DNA of 64,000 nucleotides. Origin: Myxococcota bacterium (GTDB lineage: Bacteria > Myxococcota_A > UBA9160 > JAFDDA01). A program made the position numbers and the translations under genes. Below the pieces are notes generated by a model. It searched no databases, was not told the DNA's origin, and was given only the letters and a program-made list of their open reading frames with translations. This document shows, piece by piece, positions 57,146 through 64,000 of the stretch (positions are counted from its first letter, which is position 1; every line of letters starts with the position of its first letter). The stretch lies in NCBI GenBank assembly GCA_965228475.1, contig OZ245817.1, positions 3,232,001 to 3,296,000 on the forward strand, in the 5' to 3' direction.

Positions 57146-57571
57146 CTAGCGGCGCGGCGGGAAGGCGTCGAGCAGGACGTCGCGAAGCTGCGGCGGACGC
57201 GGGCCGGCGGGCACCTCGGCGAAGCCGAGCTCGACCGGCGGCGGCTCGGGCAGCGCGACCTCGTTCGCGAAGGATTCGAGCAGCCGCATGACCACGGTGT
57301 GGGCGCGGTCCGTATCGACGTCGGCGAGGAAGAGGACCGAGCGCTCGCGGGTCATGCGGAAGATCGCGTCCTCCATGCGCAGGGCGCTCTCGACGTAGTC
57401 CATGAACTCGGAGATCTGGGGGTCGCCGTCGCGTCCGGCGACGCCGACCACGATGGTCGCCAGGCCGTGCTCGGTGGCGGTCGCGGTGGCGCGGTCCATC
57501 AACTCGCGCAGGCGGCGGGGGTCGGACTTGGCGGCAGCTTCTCGGCGGGCTTCGGCGGTCGGCGTCATCAC
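57146..57571 (-). CDS. Small protein with degenerate GGDEF-like fold
   Basis: LRMEDAIFRMTRERSVLFL..D..A parallels LRxxDxxxRxGGDEFxxxL. Confidence 0.5.
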   Translation of the reverse strand: MMTPTAEARREAAAKSDPRRLRELMDRATATATEHGLATIVVGVAGRDGDPQISEFMDYVESALRMEDAIFRMTRERSVLFLADVDTDRAHTVVMRLLESFANEVALPEPPPVELGFAEVPAGPRPPQLRDVLLDAFPPRR

Positions 57572-57686
57572 CCCTCCGGTTTCGGCGGAACGGCCCGGGC
57601 GCTGAAGATCGGCGGCCGGGAGGGCCGCGCCCCCGGAGCCTAACCCGTCACCGGCCTGCTAGGTTGCGCGGCCGGAGGAAACCGCC

Positions 57687-58592
57687 ATTTCGACCTCGGA
57701 CGCCTCACAGCGGGAGAAGGCCCGCCGCCTGGCCCACGGCTTCGGCGCCCTGCTCGCCACCACGGTCGGGCTCATGACCCTGGGCGCCCTGGTCCGGGCC
57801 CACGAGGCGGGTCTGGCCTGCCCGGATTGGCCCCTGTGTTTCGGGGAGGTCATCCCGGAGTTCGACCTCAAGGTGGCTTTCGAGTGGAGCCACCGGGCCC
57901 TGGCCGGCGCGATCAGCCTGGTCTTCGCGGGCCTGGCCGTCGCCACCCTCCGGCACCCGGGCCTCGGGCCGGCGCTGCGCGGGCACCTGATCGTGGCCGC
58001 CGTGCTGCTCGGCGTGCAGATCCTCCTCGGCGCGCTCACGGTCTGGGAGCTCCTGGCGGCCTGGACCGTGACGTCCCACCTGATGACGGGCAGCGCCTTC
58101 GCCGTCGCCCTGCTCTTCACGGCGCTCCGGCTCCGCGAGCTCTCCCGGGAGGAACCGGCCGGCCGCCCCGCGCCGACCGCCGGCGAGCGCGCGGTGATCA
58201 CGGCGACGGCGGCCCTGCTCGTCCTCCAGATCGCGATCGGCGGTCTCGTTTCCTCCACCTTCGCGGGCCTGGCCTGCCCCGAGTGGCCGACCTGCAACGG
58301 CGGCCAGTGGTTCCCCTCCTGGGCCGGCTCGGTCGGCCTCCACCTCATCCACCGCACGAACGGCTACCTGGTCCTGGGCATGCTCGCGGCAAGCTTCGCC
58401 GTCGCGCGGCGGACGACCGGCCTCCGCGGGCTCACCGCCGCCGCGGCCGCGATCGGGCTCGTGCAGGTGCTGGTCGGGATCAGCAACGTCGTGCTCGCCC
58501 TGCCCGTCGAGGTGACGGGGCTCCATTCGTTCCTGGCCGCGGTGCTCCTGCTCACGACGGCGGCCGCCACGCGCGCCGCCTGGCGCCGCTAG
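57687..58592 (+). CDS. ctaA: Heme A synthase (COX15/CtaA); proposed ATT start
   Basis: GLACPDWPLC, EWSHR, second CPEWPTC, HLIHR; GGAGGA then ATT supplies TM1. Confidence 0.85.
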   Translation: MSTSDASQREKARRLAHGFGALLATTVGLMTLGALVRAHEAGLACPDWPLCFGEVIPEFDLKVAFEWSHRALAGAISLVFAGLAVATLRHPGLGPALRGHLIVAAVLLGVQILLGALTVWELLAAWTVTSHLMTGSAFAVALLFTALRLRELSREEPAGRPAPTAGERAVITATAALLVLQIAIGGLVSSTFAGLACPEWPTCNGGQWFPSWAGSVGLHLIHRTNGYLVLGMLAASFAVARRTTGLRGLTAAAAAIGLVQVLVGISNVVLALPVEVTGLHSFLAAVLLLTTAAATRAAWRR

Positions 58593-58673
58593 CCCACCCC
58601 GCCACGGCCGTGGCCGCGGGCACGCGCGCCAAGCGCGGCGGAGGGTGCTACCCACTTCCGCCGAGGAGAGACC

Positions 58674-59156
58674 ATGCGCGCCTATCAAGTCTTCGCAGCC
58701 ATGCCGGCCGACGCCGCCGAGATGATCTTCAAGGCCCTCGCGGAGACCGCGCCCGGGGCCACGGCGTCCGCCATCGGCGTCGCCGCCGGCGCCATGAACG
58801 CGCGGCCCCAGTACCTGCGCAAGATGCCCGCCGACAAGCGCATCTCCGCCATGCGGCGCGGCCTCGCGCGCGTGAAGGCCAACGAGATCGCCGAGGAGAT
58901 CCTCGCGGTCTACTTCCTCGAGTGCCGCAAGGAGCTGCTCGGCGAATGGCTGGGCCTCCTGGGCCTCGAGCACGAGGACGGTGTGCTGAAGGACGACGCG
59001 CCGGAGTGCCCGCCGGCCGAGGACCTCGCGAAGGCCGTCAAGAGCTTCCGCGACGCCGGGGACGACCTCGACCGGGAGGTCCTGCTGCAGGCCTTCGCCG
59101 CCCAGACCTCGATCGACTGGCCCGAACTCGACGCGCTGATCACGCCCGAAGGCTGA
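58674..59156 (+). CDS. Hypothetical protein
   Basis: GAGGAG RBS and typical codon usage; no motif recognised. Confidence 0.7.
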   Translation: MRAYQVFAAMPADAAEMIFKALAETAPGATASAIGVAAGAMNARPQYLRKMPADKRISAMRRGLARVKANEIAEEILAVYFLECRKELLGEWLGLLGLEHEDGVLKDDAPECPPAEDLAKAVKSFRDAGDDLDREVLLQAFAAQTSIDWPELDALITPEG

Positions 59157-59856
59157 AGGACGCAGGGCCCTCCGGCGGCTCGTTCGTCAGGTAGGCATAC
59201 GCCATGGCGGCGAGTTCGCGCGCGAGGTCGTCGTCCGCGATGGGCGGGGCGTCCGGGTACTGCTCCGGGGTCTGCACGAAGGTGCGGAGCACCGTGCTGA
59301 GCGTCCCGAGCGCCACCAGCGCGGCGAGGCCGGCCTGCGGGTGCCGAACCTCCCCGGAGTCCATCACGATCCCGACCACGTACTGCATCGCCTCGCGACC
59401 GACCTGGTGGTGGGCCTCGCGCAGCAGCGCATCGTCGCGCTGGGCGAGCTGGAAGGCGCGGTAGAAACCGGGCCGCGCCCGCACCTCGGAGATGTAGACC
59501 GCGCTCATCCGGTAGAGGCTCTCGTAGAGCGTCTTGCCCGGCAGCACGCCGCCCTCGCGCAGCTCGGCGACCACGTCACGCATGCGCGCGTTGTGCTCCT
59601 TGTGCAGGTGGTGGAGGATCGCCTCCTTGGTCGGGAAGCGCGCGTAGACCGAGCTCAGGGAAACGCCGGCGCCGTCGGCGATCTCGCGCAGCGTCACGTC
59701 CCGGAACTCTTTGTGCTCGAGCAGGTCGCCGGCCACGGCGACGATGCGTTCGAGGGTCTTGCGGCTGCGCGCCTGCTTCGGCGCGCGCAGCTGCTCCCCC
59801 GGAGAGCGCGACGGCTCGCCCGGAAGGCGCGGCTTCTCCCGCGGTGCGTCGGACAT
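59140..59856 (-). CDS. TetR/AcrR transcriptional regulator
   Basis: PKQARS, TLREIA..AGVSLSSVYARFPTK. Confidence 0.88.
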   Translation of the reverse strand: MSDAPREKPRLPGEPSRSPGEQLRAPKQARSRKTLERIVAVAGDLLEHKEFRDVTLREIADGAGVSLSSVYARFPTKEAILHHLHKEHNARMRDVVAELREGGVLPGKTLYESLYRMSAVYISEVRARPGFYRAFQLAQRDDALLREAHHQVGREAMQYVVGIVMDSGEVRHPQAGLAALVALGTLSTVLRTFVQTPEQYPDAPPIADDDLARELAAMAYAYLTNEPPEGPASFSLRA

Positions 59857-60018
59857 CGGATGCTCCGATGGAACCCTTGGGAAACTTGCGCCAGAAGGCG
59901 CGTGGCGCCAAGGAAGGCGCGAAAAGGCGGCCCTGAGCCGCACGCGAGCGGCGTGCGGCCCAGGACCGGAGCGTTGGTTCCCGTTCCCCGGGCGTACCCG
60001 GGCGGCCGGGAGGCGGCG

Positions 60019-60924
60019 CTAGCCCTGGAAGGCCTTCATCAGCGCCTGCATCTCGCCCGCGATCGAGTCCGGGATCGTGTAGTCGGCCGTGTCGCGGATG
60101 GCGTCGATGTTCGCCGCGATCTCCTCGACCGTGGCCGCCTCGCCCGGCGCCTTCACCCAGCCCGGGGTCATCCCGATGAAGATGCGCGCGTAGCGCCCGC
60201 CCGCGACGTCGTAGATCTCGTGGGTCTGCTCGCACTTCTCGCTCACGAGATAGACACTGAGCGGCGTCACGCACTCGGGGTCGAGCTTGTCGGCCATCGG
60301 CCCGAGCAGCTGCTCGGTGAGGCGCGTCTTCGCGATCGGCGCGATGACGTTGCTCTTGATGTTGTACTTCGCGCCTTCCTGGGCGAGCACGTTCGAGAGG
60401 CCGACGAGGCCCATCTTGGCGGCGCCGTAGTTGGTCTGGCCGAAGTTGCCGAAGATGCCCGCACCCGAGGCCGTGAAGAGCAGCCGGCCGTAGCCGTTCT
60501 CCTTCATGATGCGGAACGCGGGCTGGGAGACGTAGAAGGCGCCCTTCAGGTGGACGTCGATCACGATCTCGAGGTCCGCGGGCTCGAGCTTGACGAAGGT
60601 CTTGTCCCGCAGGATGCCGGCGTTGTTGATGACGATGTCGACCTTGCCGAAGTTGTCGACGGCGGTCTTGACGATCGCCTCGCCGCCTTCGGGCGTGGCC
60701 ACGGAGTCGTAGTTGGCGACGGCCTTGCCGCCGGCCTCGTTGATCGTCTTCACGACTTCGTCGGCCATGGCCGAGCCGCCGCCGGTGCCGTCGGACGAGC
60801 CGCCGAGGTCGTTCACGACCACGGAGCAGCCGCGCCGGCCGAGTTCGAGGGCGTAGGTCTTGCCGAGGCCGCCGCCGGCGCCGGTCACGATCGCGACGCG
60901 GTCGTCGAATCGAATGTCGGACAT
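60019..60924 (-). CDS. SDR, MFE-2-like 3-hydroxyacyl-CoA dehydrogenase
   Basis: TGAGGGLG, VNDLGG, NNAGILRD, GNFGQTNYGAAK. Confidence 0.9.
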   Translation of the reverse strand: MSDIRFDDRVAIVTGAGGGLGKTYALELGRRGCSVVVNDLGGSSDGTGGGSAMADEVVKTINEAGGKAVANYDSVATPEGGEAIVKTAVDNFGKVDIVINNAGILRDKTFVKLEPADLEIVIDVHLKGAFYVSQPAFRIMKENGYGRLLFTASGAGIFGNFGQTNYGAAKMGLVGLSNVLAQEGAKYNIKSNVIAPIAKTRLTEQLLGPMADKLDPECVTPLSVYLVSEKCEQTHEIYDVAGGRYARIFIGMTPGWVKAPGEAATVEEIAANIDAIRDTADYTIPDSIAGEMQALMKAFQG

Positions 60925-61063
60925 GGAGATTCTCCTTTGATTCTCGCGGGGTTCGCGGATGTCAGGGGAGCCGCCCCGCGCGCGGCCGGCGGCAGCATAG
61001 CGCGCCGCCCGGGCAGACTGACCCGAAAATCAACCCGCCCGGGGCCCCGGCCGGGAGCCGGAT

Positions 61064-61873
61064 TCAGCCCTCCCCGAGCTGCCGCTTCATGAAGAGGCCC
61101 ATGGCCCGGCGCACGAGGCTGCGCGGCAGGGCCGAGGCGACGTTGGCCGTGGCCTGGTTCGCGAGACCGGGGACGACGACCGCCTCGCCGCCCGCCAGCG
61201 CCTTCAGCGAGGCCGCGACCACCTCGTCGGGCTCCTGCCAGGCGGCGTCCGGGAGGCCCGTATCCTCCACCCCGGCGACGTCCTGGAACTCGGTCCGCGT
61301 GAAGCCCGGGCAGAGCGCCTGAACGGTCACGCCGGTGCCGCGCAGCTCCTCGTAGAGCCCTTCACTGAAAGACGTAACGAAAGCCTTGGTCGCGGCGTAG
61401 GTGGTCGTGAACGGCAACGGCGTGAAGCTTGCCATCGAGGAGACGTTGATGACCCCGCCCCGGCCCCGCTCGATCATGCCCGGCAGCGCCGCCCGCGCGA
61501 GCCGGACGAGCGCCAGCACGTTCAGGCGGATCTCCGACTCCTCCCGGTCCGGGTCGAGCCCGGCGAAGGCCCCGCTCGTCCCGAAGCCGGCGTTGTTCAC
61601 GAGCAGTTCCAGTGTGGGATCCGTCGCGAGCAGACCCTCGACGGAGGCGAGCTCGCCGGCGGAGGTGAGATCCGCGGGAAAGACCTCGACCTCGGCGCCG
61701 TGCTCCTGCTCGAGCTGCTTCGCGATCGCTTCCAGGCGCTCCGCCCGGCGCGCGACGAGCACGAGCCGCCACTTCTCGCGGGCGAGCTGCTGGCAGAAGG
61801 CGTGGCCGATGCCGGAGGAGGCGCCGGTGACGAGGGCGGTTCGGACGGGGACGGGGGCGGGGGTTTCGGCCAT
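61064..61873 (-). CDS. Classical SDR oxidoreductase
   Basis: TGASSGIG, NNAGFG, YAATK, CPGFTRT. Confidence 0.9.
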   Translation of the reverse strand: MAETPAPVPVRTALVTGASSGIGHAFCQQLAREKWRLVLVARRAERLEAIAKQLEQEHGAEVEVFPADLTSAGELASVEGLLATDPTLELLVNNAGFGTSGAFAGLDPDREESEIRLNVLALVRLARAALPGMIERGRGGVINVSSMASFTPLPFTTTYAATKAFVTSFSEGLYEELRGTGVTVQALCPGFTRTEFQDVAGVEDTGLPDAAWQEPDEVVAASLKALAGGEAVVVPGLANQATANVASALPRSLVRRAMGLFMKRQLGEG

Positions 61874-62044
61874 GGGTTCTCCGGGGTGGGCGCTCGGGGC
61901 CGTGAGAGAATCGCACAACGCCCCGGAGATTCCCGCGGCGGGCCAGGAAGGGCCCACCCCCGGGCCCCGATGGACGGAACCCGGGCCGTCGGCCAGCATC
62001 CAACCGCCCGGACGACGGCATGCGGGCGCCCTCGAGGAGAAATC

Positions 62045-62788
62045 ATGAGCGAACCCACCGCCGAAGGCATCGAAACGGCCCCCGCCGAGGCCCGCAGCAG
62101 CCGCCTGCGAACCGTCGGCCTGCTGCTGGCCGTGGTGGCGCTCATCGCCCTCGGCAGCCAGGCCGGCCCCTACCTCGAACGCTTCCGCGACTGGGTCGCG
62201 AGCCTGGGCCCGCTCGGGCCGCTCGTCTTCATCGCGGGCTACGCGACCGCGACGGTCTTCGGCATGCCGGGGGCGATCCTCACCCTGGCGGCCGGCCCGA
62301 TCTTCGGTGTCCTGTTCGGCTCCATCTACGTCTTCATCGGCGCGACCCTCGGCGCCTCCGGCGCGTTCCTCGCCGCACGCCACGTCGTGCGCAGCTCGAT
62401 CGAGCAGCGCGTCGCCGGCAACGCGCGCTTCGATGCGATCGACCGAGCGATCGCCCGGGACGGCCGGAAGATCGTCCTCCTGCTCCGCCTGTCCCCGGTC
62501 TTCCCCTTCAACCTGCTGAACTACTCGCTCGGCCTGACGCGCATCGGCTTTCTCGACTACGTCGTCGCCTCGGTCGGGATGATCCCGGGCACCGTGCTCT
62601 ACGTGTACATCGGCGCGCTCGGCGGAAACGCCGCCGTGGCCGCTTCGGGCGGTGGCGAGGCCGACACGGCAAAGCTCGCGGCCCAGGTGATCGGCTTCGC
62701 CGCGACCCTCGTGGTCACCCTGCTCGTGACGCGGACCGCGCGCCGGGCCCTCGCCGAAGCGGCCCTCACCGACGAAGCCAGCGAATAG
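62045..62788 (+). CDS. TVP38/TMEM64 (DedA superfamily) membrane protein
   Basis: GATLGA, LLRLSPVFPFNLLNY. Confidence 0.9.
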   Translation: MSEPTAEGIETAPAEARSSRLRTVGLLLAVVALIALGSQAGPYLERFRDWVASLGPLGPLVFIAGYATATVFGMPGAILTLAAGPIFGVLFGSIYVFIGATLGASGAFLAARHVVRSSIEQRVAGNARFDAIDRAIARDGRKIVLLLRLSPVFPFNLLNYSLGLTRIGFLDYVVASVGMIPGTVLYVYIGALGGNAAVAASGGGEADTAKLAAQVIGFAATLVVTLLVTRTARRALAEAALTDEASE

Positions 62789-62819
62789 ACCCGCCACGAA
62801 CGAACGAGGAATCGACCCC

Positions 62820-64000
62820 ATGACCGCCAACCCGAGCACGGTCCCCGGCGACCCCCACGACGAAACCCTCCTCGCGAACGTCGCGCCCGAGGACTGGAAG
62901 AATCCGGAGCCGGCCGGCCGCTACAACCTCGTGGTGCTCGGTGCCGGAACGGCCGGTCTGATCACCGCCGCCGTGGCCGCCGGAATCGGCGCCCGGGTCG
63001 CCCTCGTCGAGCGCCACATGATGGGCGGCGACTGCCTGAACGTCGGCTGCGTCCCCTCGAAGGGCGTGATCCGCGAAGGCCGCCGGGCGGCGGAAGCGCG
63101 CAGCGCGGCGGCGATCGGCCTGCCCGCCTCGGAGCCCGGCGACGTCGACTTCGCCGCCGCCATGGACCGCATGCGCGCGAAGCGGGCCCACATCAGCGAA
63201 GAGGACTCCGCGGCCCGCTACCAGAACGAGCTCGGCGTGGACGTCTACCGCGGCGAGGCCCGCTTCGTCGGCGGCGACGAGGTCGAGGTCGCGGGGACGC
63301 GGCTGCGCTTCAAGAAGGCCGTGATCTGCACGGGCGCGCGCGCGGCGGCGCCGCCGATCGACGGCCTCGCCGAGACCGGGTACGTCGACAACGAGACGGT
63401 CTTCGCGCTCACCGAGCGGCCGAAGCGGCTCGGCGTGATCGGCTCGGGCCCGATCGGCTGCGAGCTCGCCCAGGCCTTCCGGCGCCTCGGCAGCGAGGTC
63501 GTGCTGTTCGAGCAGGCGAGCCGCATCATGACCCGCGAAGACGCCGGCGCCGCCGAGATCGTCCAGCGCCAGTTCGAGGCCGACGGCGTCGAACTCGTGC
63601 TCGGCGCCCAGATCCAGCGCGTCTCCGCCCGCGACGGCCGCAAGATCATCCACGCGAAGGACGGCGAAGGCCGCGAGCACGAGTTCCCCGTCGACGAGAT
63701 CCTCGTCGGCGTCGGCCGCGCGCCGAACATCGACGGCCTCGGGCTCGAGACTGTCGGCGTCGAAACGACGCGCCACGGCGTCGTCGTCGACGACGCCCTG
63801 CGCACGAGCAACCCGAAGATCTACGCCGCCGGCGACGTCTGCATGCGCTGGAAGTTCACCCACGCGGCCGACGCCGCGGCCAAGATCGTCGTGCGCAACG
63901 CGCTCTTCCCGTTCCTGCCCAAGCAGAAGGTCTCGAGCCTGGTGATGCCCTGGTGCACGTACACCGAGCCCGAGGTCGCCCACGTCGGCCTCTACGCCCA
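62820..64000 (+). CDS. Flavoprotein disulfide reductase (mercuric reductase/Lpd-like); runs off the window
   Basis: Not in the ORF track. GAGTAG, GGDCLNVGCVPSK, GSGPIGCE, GR.PN, AAGD, FTHAA. Confidence 0.88.
   Translation, partial: MTANPSTVPGDPHDETLLANVAPEDWKNPEPAGRYNLVVLGAGTAGLITAAVAAGIGARVALVERHMMGGDCLNVGCVPSKGVIREGRRAAEARSAAAIGLPASEPGDVDFAAAMDRMRAKRAHISEEDSAARYQNELGVDVYRGEARFVGGDEVEVAGTRLRFKKAVICTGARAAAPPIDGLAETGYVDNETVFALTERPKRLGVIGSGPIGCELAQAFRRLGSEVVLFEQASRIMTREDAGAAEIVQRQFEADGVELVLGAQIQRVSARDGRKIIHAKDGEGREHEFPVDEILVGVGRAPNIDGLGLETVGVETTRHGVVVDDALRTSNPKIYAAGDVCMRWKFTHAADAAAKIVVRNALFPFLPKQKVSSLVMPWCTYTEPEVAHVGLYA

Noticed and set aside
62820..64000. Mercury resistance (merA)
   Set aside because: No metal-binding N-terminal domain and no mer genes nearby; the diagnostic C-terminal Cys pair lies outside the window

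Overview
This is a high-GC (roughly 70% by eye) bacterial chromosomal segment with about 68 densely packed CDSs. Many PEP-CTERM proteins, a DUF1329 protein and the general gene content suggest Myxococcota or a related lineage, which is an inference. Content: (i) ethylmalonyl-CoA-type carbon assimilation genes, namely a divergent Ccr/ECR-like reductase, a class III CoA-transferase, a Chloroflexus-type malyl-CoA lyase, ethylmalonyl-CoA mutase with MeaB, and a PduO-type adenosyltransferase, plus etfBA and gltA; (ii) housekeeping genes (nadA, cysE, gloB, efp, yciH, ctaA); (iii) two paralogous acyltransferase/extended-SDR pairs, one with a patatin and one with a ParA; (iv) a coupled pair of Fe-S PD-(D/E)XK nucleases; (v) seven PEP-CTERM-type genes (one frameshifted) plus a truncated paralog; (vi) a complete IS1595-family element with TIRs and an 8-bp TSD that carries a HEPN-motif passenger and sits at the -35 of an autoregulated tetR promoter. 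Non-coding highlights are two copies of a ~105-bp hairpin whose 44-nt loop is conserved while the perfect 30-31-bp stems differ, and three genes that appear to start at ATT/ATC. I saw no rRNA, tRNA or CRISPR array. All product calls come from motif recognition by eye; no database search was run.
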